A DNA stretch of 64,000 nt from an uncultured Bacillota bacterium (GCA_963804645.1 CAWDRG010000009.1:320001-384000); one strand, 5' to 3'. Positions 9,884-20,186 are shown, counted from the stretch's first letter. Numbers and translations: made by a program. Notes: generated from the sequence alone by a model not told the origin.

Positions 9884-10806
9884 CACGGAGTCACGCTCCT
9901 GATCATCGTGCGGATCATGTACCAGCCGAGCAGCTGCAGTCCCGCGGCGGTCCCGAGCAGCAGCCGCCCGGCGTCGGACTCGACCAGCGCGCGCATCGCG
10001 GCCGGATCGAGCCCGAGCATCGCGAGGCCCACCCCCACGGGCAGGAGGGTGAGAAATGCCGCGGTCGCCCGGGCGTGCGCGGTCACGGCACGGACCTCCT
10101 GCAGAAACGCGATCTGCTCCCGCACGGCCTGGGACTGCCGCGCCAGGCACTCCGCGAGATCCCCGCCGGTCCGCTCGGCGACCAGCACCGCGGTGACCGC
10201 CGCGGCGAGCGGACGGCTCGGCACCCGCCGCCGCAGGCCCTCGAGCGCCTGGCGGAGGGGCACGCCGAGCGCCATCTCCTCCACCGTCCGCGCGCACTCC
10301 GCGCGCAGCGGATCGGCAAGCCGCCGCGCGACCTCGGCGATGGCTTCGGACGCCGAACGATGCCCACGCAGCTCGCCCACCAGCAGATCGAGCGCCTCGG
10401 GCAGCTGCCCGTCGATGCGGCGGCCGCGCCGATCGCGCGAGATCCCGAGCCCGATCCACGCGAGGCCCGGCACCACCGCGCCCGCGGCCGCGCCGGCGAG
10501 CGGACCGCCCAAGACGGCCGCGACGACGGCGGCTAGGACGATGCCGCCGCACGCGGCGACCAGCGCCTCCGCAATCGAGAGCGCCACCCCGGCATGCCGG
10601 AGGGACTGCTCGACCGACGCCATCGCCCGCATCCGCACGAGGTGTCGGTCCAGGCGCCGCAGCCCCGAACGCCGCCGGCGCGGCGGGACCGCGCGGCAGG
10701 CGACGTGGCGCGCGAGCCGGCGCGACAGCGGATCGAAGGATCGCGCGGGCGCGCGGAGATCCAAGAGCAACAGGGCGACCGCCGCAACGGCCGCGAGCGC
10801 CGTCAC
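9883..10806 (-). CDS. tadB: Tad pilus inner-membrane platform protein TadB
   Basis: 'QLPEALDLL', 'ERTGGDLAE.L', 'LLPV'; GTGA overlap with tadA. Confidence 0.88.
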   Translation of the reverse strand: MTALAAVAAVALLLLDLRAPARSFDPLSRRLARHVACRAVPPRRRRSGLRRLDRHLVRMRAMASVEQSLRHAGVALSIAEALVAACGGIVLAAVVAAVLGGPLAGAAAGAVVPGLAWIGLGISRDRRGRRIDGQLPEALDLLVGELRGHRSASEAIAEVARRLADPLRAECARTVEEMALGVPLRQALEGLRRRVPSRPLAAAVTAVLVAERTGGDLAECLARQSQAVREQIAFLQEVRAVTAHARATAAFLTLLPVGVGLAMLGLDPAAMRALVESDAGRLLLGTAAGLQLLGWYMIRTMIRSVTP

Positions 10807-12068
10807 CGGACGCGCACCTCGGCGGGAGCGGGCAGCACCGGGGAGGGGACGCCGGCGCGCCGCAGCTTCTCCCACAGGCGCGGCGGGATGCCGGTCCACG
10901 CGAACGCGTTGTCCCGGCGTCCGAACCGGAAAATCGTCTGCGTCTGCACGGCGTCTCCGCCGAGACCCGTGACCTCGGTGATCTCCGAGGCCACGCGCCG
11001 GCCGTCGGGGAGCCGCTCGAGGTGCACGATCACCTCGATCGCCGCGGCGATGAGCCGCCGCACGACATCGCCCGGCAGCCCGGAGCCCCACCGCGCGAGC
11101 ACCTCCAGCCGGTCCAGGGCCTGTGCCGGACCGCTCGCGTGCAGCGTGCTCATGCTGCCGCTGTGCCCGGTGCTCATCGCCTGCAGCATGTCGAGCGCCT
11201 CCCCGCCGCGCACCTCGCCCACGATGATCCGATCGGGGTTCTGGCGGAGCGCGTTGCGCAGGAGGTGCGTCTGCGTGATCTCGCCCTTCCCCTCGACGTT
11301 CGGGGGCCGGGTCTCCCACCGCACGCAGTTCGTGACGGGGAGGCGCAGCTCGGCCGCCTCTTCGATCGTCAGGACGCGCTCGCCCGGGGGAATGGCGCCG
11401 GCGCACGCGTTCAGCAGGCTGGTCTTCCCGGCGCCGGTGCCGCCCGTGAAAATCACGTTGGCCCGGTGGCGGACCGCGGCCACAAGATAGGCGGCGATCG
11501 ATGCGCTCAGCGTCCCGCCAGCGATGAGCATCTCCACGGTGATCGGCGAGGCCGGGAACAGCCGGATCGCGAGACACGGGCCGCCGACCGCGACCGGGGG
11601 CAGCGCGGCGTGCGCGCGAAACCCCTGCGGCATCCGCGCGTCGACCATCGGGTTGGCGGCGTCGATGCGGCGTCCGGCGAGCTCCGCGATGCGCCCGATG
11701 ATGTACCGTAGGTGCGCTTCATCTCGAAACCGCACCGGGCTCTCGGTCTTGATACCGTGGCGCTGCACGTATACGAGGTCGTAGCGGTTCACCATGATGT
11801 CCGTGACGCCGGGATCGCGGAGCAGCGCCTCCAGCGGGCCGAATCCGACGATGTCGTCGCACAGCTCCCGCACGATGCGCTGGGTCTCCGCCTGCCCGAG
11901 GAACGGATAGTCGCGGAGGTACCCGGCGAGCGTGTCCTCCAGGTAGCTCCGCACGAGGCCGCGCTCCTGCCCGGCCAGCGCGTGCTTCTCGACCTCCGCC
12001 AGCAGCCGCTCGTGCAGGGCGGCGCGGATCTCCTCGGCGCGGCCGCGCCGCTCGACCGGGCTAGCCAT
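10803..12068 (-). CDS. tadA: Tad pilus assembly ATPase TadA/CpaF
   Basis: GFGPLE.LL.DP.VTDIMVN, Walker A GGTGAGKT, PDRIIVGEVRG, TGHSG..STLHA. Confidence 0.95.
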   Translation of the reverse strand: MASPVERRGRAEEIRAALHERLLAEVEKHALAGQERGLVRSYLEDTLAGYLRDYPFLGQAETQRIVRELCDDIVGFGPLEALLRDPGVTDIMVNRYDLVYVQRHGIKTESPVRFRDEAHLRYIIGRIAELAGRRIDAANPMVDARMPQGFRAHAALPPVAVGGPCLAIRLFPASPITVEMLIAGGTLSASIAAYLVAAVRHRANVIFTGGTGAGKTSLLNACAGAIPPGERVLTIEEAAELRLPVTNCVRWETRPPNVEGKGEITQTHLLRNALRQNPDRIIVGEVRGGEALDMLQAMSTGHSGSMSTLHASGPAQALDRLEVLARWGSGLPGDVVRRLIAAAIEVIVHLERLPDGRRVASEITEVTGLGGDAVQTQTIFRFGRRDNAFAWTGIPPRLWEKLRRAGVPSPVLPAPAEVRVR

Positions 12069-13212
12069 CGTCCCGCGCGCCGGCATCGCCGAGCGCGCTA
12101 CGGACCGCGTCGCGCCGACGCGCCACAATCGTCTGTGCCAGGCGGCGCACCGACGCGGACCACGGGTCCTCGGGATCCGCCGCGACGGCGAGCTCCCCGC
12201 GATCCGCGCGGCCGCGAAGCGCCGCCGCGTGCGGCAGCACCGCGGCAAACGGCCGGCCGATCGCCGCGGCCGCCTGCTCGACGGTGTACGAGGCCTCCCG
12301 ATCGGTCCGGTTCAGCACCAGCGTCGGCGGCGGCCCTCCGGCGCCGTCCGCGAGCGTGTCGATGAGCGCGCGGAGGCTTCGAAGCGCCGCGAGTTCCAGC
12401 GTCGTGACGCCGAGGACAAGCGAGGCCCGACGCACCAGCAGGCGCTGGGCGGCCAGCACCGGCCGCCCCACATCGACGACCACGAACGCCGCGATCGCGG
12501 TGCACGCGTCAACGACCGCCGCGATCATGCCCTCGACCTCGGACGGATCGTCGGGAAGCGCCCACAACGAGAGGACCGTGAACCCCGCGGGATGCGGGGC
12601 GGCGGACTGGCGCAGCACGCGGGGATCGATCGGCAGCCGCTGACGCAGGACGTCCGCGACCGTCCCTCCGATCTCGAGGTCTCCGGCGACGGCGAGCGTG
12701 CCGAACGGCGGGGCGTCGGCATCGACGACCAAGGCTCCGCCCTGCGAGGCGAGGGCCGCGCCGAGGTTGAGGGCCAGCGCCGTGCATCCGGCGCCGCCCT
12801 TTCCCGAGGTGACCGCCACCGACATCCCGCGCAGTCGATCGGGGACCGCCGCGGCCTCGGCGAGCGCCTCGCGTACCGACGCCGCGCACGCGGGCGCGTC
12901 GATCGGCACCCGCAGGACGTCGCACACGCCCGCCCGGACGAGCTCGCGCACCGCGTCGAACGGCAGGTCGCCGGCGAGCACGAACAGCTTCGTGTGCGGA
13001 TAGGCCGCGGCCGCCTGCGCTAGCGCGGCGCGGGCGCGCCGATCCTCCGGCAGATCCACGAGCACGCACGCGGCCGCGCTCAGCGCGAGCAGCTCCACCG
13101 CGTGAGGGAACGACTCCGCGTGCTCGACGCGGCCGAACTCGCCGAGTGCGCGCGCGAGCGCGTCCCGCCCGGCGGGATCGCGATGATACAGGACGATCGA
13201 CGGCCCCGTCAC
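12061..13212 (-). CDS. cpaE: CpaE/TadZ receiver-like + MinD-like ATPase
   Basis: Degenerate receiver domain plus deviant Walker A SGKGGAGCT; position in the tad locus. Confidence 0.85.
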   Translation of the reverse strand: MTGPSIVLYHRDPAGRDALARALGEFGRVEHAESFPHAVELLALSAAACVLVDLPEDRRARAALAQAAAAYPHTKLFVLAGDLPFDAVRELVRAGVCDVLRVPIDAPACAASVREALAEAAAVPDRLRGMSVAVTSGKGGAGCTALALNLGAALASQGGALVVDADAPPFGTLAVAGDLEIGGTVADVLRQRLPIDPRVLRQSAAPHPAGFTVLSLWALPDDPSEVEGMIAAVVDACTAIAAFVVVDVGRPVLAAQRLLVRRASLVLGVTTLELAALRSLRALIDTLADGAGGPPPTLVLNRTDREASYTVEQAAAAIGRPFAAVLPHAAALRGRADRGELAVAADPEDPWSASVRRLAQTIVARRRDAVRSALGDAGARDDG

Positions 13213-13224
13213 GCCGCCCTCCGG

Positions 13225-14151
13225 TCAGAAGCCATCGCCGCCGTCACCGCCGCCCGACCCGTCCCCACCGCCGTCCGAGCCGTTCCCGGAGCCGTCGCCG
13301 GCGGAGTCACCCGACGACGAATCCCCGGACGCGTCACCCGCCGACATGTCCGAGGATCCACCGGTCGCATCGGAAGACACGTCGGCCGATCCGCCGGACG
13401 CGGCCGTCGTGTCCGCTTCCGGCGAGGACTGCATCGCGCCGAAGCCCATCGCGGCCGTCAGATCCCCGGCAAACGGACCGGGGTTGGTGGGCGTCGCGCC
13501 CATGCTTTCGAGCGCCGCCGCCGCCGAGGCAGGATCGCCTGCCGCGATCGAATCGCAGTTGCAGGGCCCGACGGACTCGACCGTCTCCCCGCTGGCGGGG
13601 TCGGGCGCGTCGCCCGTCGAGTCCGGCGACGCGCCGAGATCGGCGGGCCCGTTGTCGCCGCCCGCGGTCCCGCCGGACGTGTGCGACGCGATCACCGGCG
13701 CGGTCCACCAGGGCGCATCGGCCTGTGCGACAACGGTCCAAAGCGGAATTCCGAAGACACCCAAGAAAAACGTCGGGACGCGCGCTTCGGCGGAGAGCGC
13801 CAGCCCCGCCCCGGACGGCGTCGCGGTGACGGTGGACGCGGCAAGACCGACCGACGCCAGTTCATCGTGCGCGACGACCAGCGCCTCGGAGACGGCGGCC
13901 TGCAGCACCGCGGGCGCGGAGGCGCCGGACCCGTCGGCGACCGCCGTGCTCCAGCGCTCGGCCGACAGCGCCCCGTCGTCGACCGCGTGCTGCAGCATCG
14001 AGCGAACGGTGTACGCGTTGCCCACGTCCACCGCGGCGCCGGCGAACCCGAGCACCACGGGCAGCAGCAGCGCCGTGAGGAGGACGACTCCCCCGCGCTC
14101 TCCCGCGGGCCGCCGGTGCATCCAAACCCGATCACGCCGCCATGCGCTCAT
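13225..14151 (-). CDS. TadG-like pseudopilin with acidic Gly/Ser/Asp-rich tail
   Basis: 'ERGGVVLLTALLLPVVLGFAGAAVDVG...LQHAVD.GAL' Tad N-terminal motif. Confidence 0.75.
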   Translation of the reverse strand: MSAWRRDRVWMHRRPAGERGGVVLLTALLLPVVLGFAGAAVDVGNAYTVRSMLQHAVDDGALSAERWSTAVADGSGASAPAVLQAAVSEALVVAHDELASVGLAASTVTATPSGAGLALSAEARVPTFFLGVFGIPLWTVVAQADAPWWTAPVIASHTSGGTAGGDNGPADLGASPDSTGDAPDPASGETVESVGPCNCDSIAAGDPASAAAALESMGATPTNPGPFAGDLTAAMGFGAMQSSPEADTTAASGGSADVSSDATGGSSDMSAGDASGDSSSGDSAGDGSGNGSDGGGDGSGGGDGGDGF

Positions 14152-15170
14152 CGCGTGCCTCCCAAAGGCGCGTCGACCCGGCGCGGGGCGGCCGCCCCGT
14201 TCGGCCCGGGCACGATCGCGCCGAATCGATGGTCGCCTTCAATCACATCGACGGTCCACGCGGCGGGCGGCGCTGCCGGCGCGCGTACGCCCGAGATCTG
14301 CAGCGCACGCGGCGGCGGTGACACCGCGGCCGCGCGGACCGCGCCCGGCCGGGGACCCGAAGACGCGCGAGGCACCGCCGGCGGCGCCTCGGGCATCAGA
14401 CGCAGGTAGGAACCCAGCGCCACCGGCCCGCCGTCCTGCGCCGATGGCGGTTCCGCGCCGAGCGGGTGCGCGGTGATGAAGATGCGCCCAAACGCCTCGG
14501 CCAGCACGATCTCCCGTTCGCGATCGCTTGGGATCGCGATCTCGATCTGCGCGGGCGCGCCACCACCCGAGCCCGTCGGGGCCGAAAGGACGACCCGCGA
14601 CGGGGCGGACGCGGCGGTGACCCGCAGCACCACGCCCGTGGCCAGCAGCGTCGCGACGCCCTGTCCGCGGGCCGGCTCGAACGCTCCGATCAGATCGACG
14701 CGGCTGCGGGGCGCGAGCTCGCCGGCAAACGTCGCCGCGGAGGGGACCACGAGGCTGACCGCGCGCATCCCGGACGGCACGCGGGCGGCGATCCCGTAGT
14801 ATCGAACCGCGGGGACGAGATCCTCCGGGGCGACCGGCTCGCCGGGTTCGAACGAGCGCAGCGCCACCTGTCCCACCGCGCCGGCGAGCCGCGCCGGCGG
14901 AACGGCGCGCTCGCCGGCGCCCGACCTCCACACCACCTGCAGGTCGGCCGGCGCCAGCACGCGTCCGGAGCGCACGGGCCGCCGCGCGATCAGGACGGGG
15001 GTGGCCGCGGAGCGCGCGGCGTGGCCGCGGCGGGCGTGGGAAATCGCCGACCAGCACGCGAGCGCGAGGAGCGCGATCGCGGCCCACCGCAGCCAGCGCC
15101 GGCGGCGCGCGAGAATGCGGACCGCCAGCGGCCCAAGACGAATCACCCGGTCGTCACTGTTGGGAGCCAT
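14148..15170 (-). CDS. cpaB: Flp pilus assembly protein CpaB/RcpC
   Basis: SAF domain, 'VPSGMRAVSL', 'L.P..RVDLI'. Confidence 0.85.
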   Translation of the reverse strand: MAPNSDDRVIRLGPLAVRILARRRRWLRWAAIALLALACWSAISHARRGHAARSAATPVLIARRPVRSGRVLAPADLQVVWRSGAGERAVPPARLAGAVGQVALRSFEPGEPVAPEDLVPAVRYYGIAARVPSGMRAVSLVVPSAATFAGELAPRSRVDLIGAFEPARGQGVATLLATGVVLRVTAASAPSRVVLSAPTGSGGGAPAQIEIAIPSDREREIVLAEAFGRIFITAHPLGAEPPSAQDGGPVALGSYLRLMPEAPPAVPRASSGPRPGAVRAAAVSPPPRALQISGVRAPAAPPAAWTVDVIEGDHRFGAIVPGPNGAAAPRRVDAPLGGTR

Positions 15171-15687
15171 CGGCGCCTCCCTGCGTGGTTGACGTTGACG
15201 GCGACCCGGCCGACGGCTGCCACCACGGCGGCGGCACCTCCTCGACGGCGTCGGCCGTCTGTGCGTGCAGCGTGCGCCCGTCGAGCAGCGACGCAAACCA
15301 CGGCGTGAGCGAAGTGATCGAATACCCGAGCGACACCACGACGGTGCGCATGCGCCCCACGCACGCCGGTTCGAGATAGCCGAGCGTGACCGTGAGCGCC
15401 GCCGCATTCAGGGACGGGGCGGCCGCCTCCGCCGCGGCCTGCGCAACGGTCGCGTCGGACCCGGGAGGCGCGCCCGCGCAGAGGCCGGCGCCGGTCTCCT
15501 GGATCGACACCGCGCGTGCGGCCGACTGGGCCGCGGACGCGAGCGAGGCGGCCTCGTAGAGCGCCCACCCACCGTCGATGATCGCGCTCACGATTCCGAG
15601 CAGGATCGGCAGCGCGACGGCGAGCTCGATCAACCCCTGACCGGACTCGCCCCGGCGTGGACCGCGTGAACGGCCGCGAGTGCTCAC
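15154..15687 (-). CDS. tadE: TadE-like pseudopilin
   Basis: 'GQGLIELAVALPILL' prepilin motif, 'AA..AAR'. Confidence 0.85.
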   Translation of the reverse strand: MSTRGRSRGPRRGESGQGLIELAVALPILLGIVSAIIDGGWALYEAASLASAAQSAARAVSIQETGAGLCAGAPPGSDATVAQAAAEAAAPSLNAAALTVTLGYLEPACVGRMRTVVVSLGYSITSLTPWFASLLDGRTLHAQTADAVEEVPPPWWQPSAGSPSTSTTQGGADGSQQ

Positions 15688-15696
15688 GGGCGTGCG

Positions 15697-15900
15697 TCAG
15701 TACTGCGCCAGTGTGTTGGAGATGGTCGTGAACAGATCGCCGAGATTCTTGGAGAGCACCGTGAGGACGGCGACCGCGCCGAGGATGACGATGCCGCCGA
15801 TGAGCGCGTATTCGATCATCCCCTGCCCGGCCTCATCGTTCCAGAGCGACGTGCGCTCCCGCCCGCCTTGCCCGGCCCGACCCTGCGTGTGCGCGCCCAT
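15697..15900 (-). CDS. flp: Flp family type IVc pilin
   Basis: 'DEAGQGMIEYALI' Flp motif; AAGGAGGAG RBS. Confidence 0.92.
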   Translation of the reverse strand: MGAHTQGRAGQGGRERTSLWNDEAGQGMIEYALIGGIVILGAVAVLTVLSKNLGDLFTTISNTLAQY

Positions 15901-15944
15901 TCGACTCCTCCTTCGATCTCGTAGTGTGCCGCGAGCCAATATGC

Positions 15945-17747
15945 TCAAGGGTGCGCGGCCGGCGCGTCGGTCGCGGCGACGGTCACCGGCGTGACGAAGA
16001 TCACCAACTCGGTCTCCTGATGCTGGAACTGGGTGGACCGGAAAAGCGGCCCGATGACGGGGAGATCCCCCAAGACCGGAATCTTCTGGATCAGCTCGGC
16101 GTCTTGGTGCTGAAGCAGCCCCCCGAGCACCAGCGTGTCGGACGGACGCATCGACACGACGGTCTCCACGCGCCGGACGCGCAGGGCCGGAATCGTGAAC
16201 CCGTTGACCTTGATCGCGTTGTCGTAGTCGAGCGTGCTGACCTCGGGCGCGATCCGCATGAACAGCCGGCCGTCTTCCTGCGCGTCCGGGCGCGCGTTCA
16301 GAATGACCCCGAAGTCCTTGTACTCGACGGTCACGGCGCCGTTGTCGCCGGCGACGGGAATCGGGACCTGCCCGCCGAGCAGCAGCGACGCCGAGGTCCC
16401 CGCCATCACAACGAGGTTCGGCTCGGCGAGCAGTTTCGCGCGCCCTTGCTGGGCCAGCGCCTGCAGCTGCGCGATCAGCAGGTCCAGCCCCGCCGTGCCC
16501 AGCCCGGGGGTCGTGATGATCTGGAGATTGTACACGCCGCCGTTCAGCGACGGCGGGAAGCCCGGCGTCTGCTCGCCGCCGCCCCACGTCACCCCCAGGT
16601 TGCGGAGGGCGTTGCGATCGATCTCCACGACCTCCACCTGCAGTTGGAACTGCACCGGTCTGCGCACGGTCAGCAAATTGACGACCGTCGGCGCGAACGC
16701 GCGGGCGATTGCCTCGATCTTCTCACGATCGGCCTGCGTCTCGACCGATCCGCTCAAGACGATCCCGCCGGAGCCCTCCGGTCCGCGCGCCGGGACCGCT
16801 CCGGGCCCGGGCGCCTCCGCCGGAGATCGCGCGGCATCCCGCGATGGCGCCGCGATGGGCGAGGAGAGCGCCGGCGCGTTTGAGTCGAGCGCCGGGGGCG
16901 CGGGCGCGGCGGACGGCGCGGTGAGGGTCGCCCCCTCCGGGCCTCCGCCCGGCACCGCCGTCACCGTCACGGCCGCGGTCGGAACCGTCGTCGAGATGAG
17001 GCGCCGGAGCGCGTCCACGAGTCCCGAGGCCGGCGCGACCTCGACCGCGTACGTCCAGATCCGGCCGGTGCGGTCCCACACGTACATCGTGGTGCGGCCC
17101 TGCGACCGCGCGGTCACCAACAGCTGCTCGGCGCTCACGGGCACGACCCCGAGCACCTGCGGGTCGGCGACGGCCACCCGCACCAGGCCGGCGACGTCGA
17201 GGAGCCGTCCGGCGCCCTCCTCGAGCGTGAGCGCCAGCGCGACGTCCGGCGGCGCCGCGTTCCCGCCGGCCGGCGGCCCGGGCACAGACGCGGCGGGCGC
17301 GACCCGAACGGGCGGCGCGGGGACGTGCGCCGCCGCACGGGGTGCCAGGCGAACCACCAGGTTCGGCCCGTCGAAGGATGCCGCGGTCACCGTCATCGCG
17401 GCCCGCGTCGTGACGTCGATCAGGACGTGGCCGCCGAGCGCGCGCACGCCGACGCCGGTCACCAGCCCGACGTTTATCCGGTGCGACGCGGGTGTCGCGG
17501 CGACCCCATCAAGCGTGATGACGACCCGGTTCCCGCTCGCCGACGTCGCGTAGCGCACCGGAGCGGGCAGCACGACGTGCACGCGGATGCCGTCTCCGTC
17601 CGGCTCCACAATCACGCCGCCGAGCGCCGGGACCGACGCCGCGCGGGCCCGATCCGCCACCGGGGCGGCGCCGGCCACGACCGCCGCGGCCGCCACCGAC
17701 GCGAGGACCGCCCGGAGCACCGAGTTCCGTGAGGGGTGAATAGACAT
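15945..17747 (-). CDS. cpaC: Tad secretin RcpA/CpaC (AMIN-like + N-domain + BON + secretin)
   Basis: 'LAEPNL', 'GGQVPIP', 'EYKDFG', 'KIPVLGDLPVIGPLFRS', 'ETELVIFVTP'; start could alternatively be 17771. Confidence 0.9.
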   Translation of the reverse strand: MSIHPSRNSVLRAVLASVAAAAVVAGAAPVADRARAASVPALGGVIVEPDGDGIRVHVVLPAPVRYATSASGNRVVITLDGVAATPASHRINVGLVTGVGVRALGGHVLIDVTTRAAMTVTAASFDGPNLVVRLAPRAAAHVPAPPVRVAPAASVPGPPAGGNAAPPDVALALTLEEGAGRLLDVAGLVRVAVADPQVLGVVPVSAEQLLVTARSQGRTTMYVWDRTGRIWTYAVEVAPASGLVDALRRLISTTVPTAAVTVTAVPGGGPEGATLTAPSAAPAPPALDSNAPALSSPIAAPSRDAARSPAEAPGPGAVPARGPEGSGGIVLSGSVETQADREKIEAIARAFAPTVVNLLTVRRPVQFQLQVEVVEIDRNALRNLGVTWGGGEQTPGFPPSLNGGVYNLQIITTPGLGTAGLDLLIAQLQALAQQGRAKLLAEPNLVVMAGTSASLLLGGQVPIPVAGDNGAVTVEYKDFGVILNARPDAQEDGRLFMRIAPEVSTLDYDNAIKVNGFTIPALRVRRVETVVSMRPSDTLVLGGLLQHQDAELIQKIPVLGDLPVIGPLFRSTQFQHQETELVIFVTPVTVAATDAPAAHP

Positions 17748-17886
17748 CTGACTATGTATACTTATAGACATCACTCTTCGTTCCGTCAATCCCGAACGTG
17801 CGTCTGCGCCGTGCGCGGCGCGCTCGAAGGGAATGGGTCCGCGCATCACGAAAGGCATCGCCCGACGTCCTCGGAGGGAGGATCTG

Positions 17887-18345
17887 GTGCCGAGCACCTT
17901 CGAGGCCCAGCCCCAAACGATCGTCCTCGCGCTCGCGGTCGCCTGCGTGGTGTTGCTCGCGGCGGTCGTCGCGCTTGTGCTCCGCGACCGCCGCCGCAGA
18001 TCGCCCGTGGTGTCGGCGGACGAAGCACTCCGCGCCGCGTTCGCGGAGATCAACCGCCGGCTTGAGGCGCTCGAGGGGGGCGTGGCCAAGATCACGGCGC
18101 ATCTCCCAAAAACCGTTCAGGGCGTCGGCGTCGTCCGCTACAATCCGTTTCCCGACATGGGCGGCGCGATGAGCTTCAGCCTCGCGCTGCTGGACGGCCG
18201 CGCCAACGGCATCGTGGTGAGCGTGCTGAACAACCGCGACAGCGCGAGGGTCTACGGCAAACCGGTGGAAGCCGGCGAGTCGAGCTACACGCTCTCGGAT
18301 GAAGAGCGGCAGGCACTGGCGCTGGCGCGCGGCCAGCGGCGGTAG
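17887..18345 (+). CDS. DUF4446 family protein
   Basis: N-terminal TM; 'VGVVRYNPFPDMGG.MSFSLALLD..NG.V', 'RVYGKP', 'LS.EE..AL'. Confidence 0.85.
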   Translation: MPSTFEAQPQTIVLALAVACVVLLAAVVALVLRDRRRRSPVVSADEALRAAFAEINRRLEALEGGVAKITAHLPKTVQGVGVVRYNPFPDMGGAMSFSLALLDGRANGIVVSVLNNRDSARVYGKPVEAGESSYTLSDEERQALALARGQRR

Positions 18346-18372
18346 CCGGCGGGCGTCCGGCCGGGGGGATCG

Positions 18373-19026
18373 ATGCGGTTTCGAGATCGACGGGAAGCCG
18401 GCGCACGTCTCGCCGCAGAGCTCGCAGACCTCGGATTGAGCGATCCTCTCGTGGTGGCGATCCCGCGCGGCGGGGTGATCGTCGCCGAGGAGATCGCCCG
18501 GGCGCTCGGGTGGCCTCTCGATATCGTCCTGCCGCGGAAGCTGCGGGCGCCGGGACAGCCCGAGCTCGCGTTTGGCGCGGTCGCCGGCGACGGCTTCGTG
18601 TATCTGGACGCGCGCCTCGCACGTACGCTGCGCGTCAGCGACGCCTATCTCAAGGCCGAAATCGGCGCGCAGCTCGAAGAGATCCGGCGGCGGCGCGCGG
18701 CCTATCGCGGCGACCGCCCGCCCTTGCGCGTGCGGGGACGCACGGTCGTGCTCGTGGACGACGGTCTCGCGACGGGCGCGACGGCGATCGCCGCCGTGCG
18801 CATGCTGCGCCACGAGCTGCCGCGCGAGATCGTGGTCGCCGCGCCCGTCGGCTCCGCGGACGCGGTGCACCGGATCGCGCAGGAGGCCGACCGCGTCGTC
18901 TGCACGCGGCGTCCCGAAGGATTCGCGGCGGTGGGCGCGTTCTACGAAGACTTCAGACAGGTGACGGACGACGAGGTGGTGGCCTGCCTCGAGCGCGCCT
19001 GGGCGCAGAAAGTGAGTGAACGATGA
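18373..19026 (+). CDS. phosphoribosyltransferase family protein
   Basis: MRFRDRREAG, PRGGV, VDDGLATG PRPP loop, VGAFYEDF. Confidence 0.9.
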   Translation: MRFRDRREAGARLAAELADLGLSDPLVVAIPRGGVIVAEEIARALGWPLDIVLPRKLRAPGQPELAFGAVAGDGFVYLDARLARTLRVSDAYLKAEIGAQLEEIRRRRAAYRGDRPPLRVRGRTVVLVDDGLATGATAIAAVRMLRHELPREIVVAAPVGSADAVHRIAQEADRVVCTRRPEGFAAVGAFYEDFRQVTDDEVVACLERAWAQKVSER

Positions 19027-20123
19027 CCGACACGCTGAAGCGCACGCCGCTGTTCGAAGTGCACGTCGCCGCCGGGGCCAGAATGGTGCCGTTCAGCGGA
19101 TGGGAGATGCCCGTCCAGTACGTCGGCATCATCGAGGAGCACCGCGCGGTGCGGACGCGCGCCGGGTTGTTCGACGTCTCGCACATGGGCGAGGTCGACG
19201 TCCAGGGGCCGGGCGCGATTCCGTTCGTGCAGAGCCTCGTGACGAACGACGTCTCGAAGCTCGCGATCGGCCAGGCCCTGTATACGCCGATGTGCACGCC
19301 GGACGCCGGGGTCATCGATGACCTGCTGGTCTACCGGATGAGCGACACCGACCTGATGCTCGTCGTCAACGCCGGGAACACGCCGGAGGATCTCGCCTGG
19401 ATCCGCGGGCACGCCGCGCCAGGCGTCCGGATCACCGACCGGTCTGCGGAGATCGCGCTGCTCGCGTTCCAGGGGCCGCGCGCGCCGGCGATTCTCCAGA
19501 CGCTGACCGCGGTGCCCCTCGCCGAGATCACGTACTATTGGTTCCGGCCGAACAGCACGGTCGCCGGCCGATCCGTGATCTTGTCCCGCACCGGGTACAC
19601 GGGCGAGGACGGATTCGAGCTCTACGCCCGCGCCGAAGACGCCGTGCATCTGTGGGCGGCGATCCTCGACGCCGGCTCCTCCGACGGCGTCATGCCGGCG
19701 GGACTCGGCGCGCGCGACACGCTGCGGCTCGAAGCCGGCTATCTCCTGCACGGCAACGACATGGACAAGACGACGAGCCCGCTTGAGGTCGGACTCAGCT
19801 GGACGGTCAAGCTGCAGAAGGGCGAGTTCATCGGCGCGGACGTGCTGCGGCGGCAGAAGGCCGAGGGGGTCCGGCGGCGGCTCGTCGGCTTCACGCTGGA
19901 GGGACGTGCGATCGCGCGGCACGGCTTCCCCATCCACGCGGGCGGGACGGCGGACGGGCGCGTGACGAGCGGGAGCTTCGGCCCCACCGTGGAGAAGAGT
20001 ATTGGGCTGGGCCTGGTACCGGTTGAAGGTGCGGAGGCCGGACGGCCGCTCGCCGTGGAGATCCGGGGGCGTGCCGTGCCGGGTGCCGTGACGAAGCTGC
20101 CGTTCTACAGCCGGAGCAAGTAG
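19023..20123 (+). CDS. gcvT: glycine cleavage aminomethyltransferase
   Basis: GWEMPVQY, FDVSHMG, TGYTGEDGFE, GLGARDTLRLEAG. Confidence 0.97.
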   Translation: MTDTLKRTPLFEVHVAAGARMVPFSGWEMPVQYVGIIEEHRAVRTRAGLFDVSHMGEVDVQGPGAIPFVQSLVTNDVSKLAIGQALYTPMCTPDAGVIDDLLVYRMSDTDLMLVVNAGNTPEDLAWIRGHAAPGVRITDRSAEIALLAFQGPRAPAILQTLTAVPLAEITYYWFRPNSTVAGRSVILSRTGYTGEDGFELYARAEDAVHLWAAILDAGSSDGVMPAGLGARDTLRLEAGYLLHGNDMDKTTSPLEVGLSWTVKLQKGEFIGADVLRRQKAEGVRRRLVGFTLEGRAIARHGFPIHAGGTADGRVTSGSFGPTVEKSIGLGLVPVEGAEAGRPLAVEIRGRAVPGAVTKLPFYSRSK

Positions 20124-20186
20124 GCCGCGGGATGAACCGGCGGCCCGCCGGCGCGTAGGCGAGCGGCACACAGGGAGGGAGACCGC

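Noticed and set aside
18900..19023. Glycine riboswitch ahead of gcvT
   Set aside because: gcvT overlaps the upstream PRTase stop, leaving no leader space or motif
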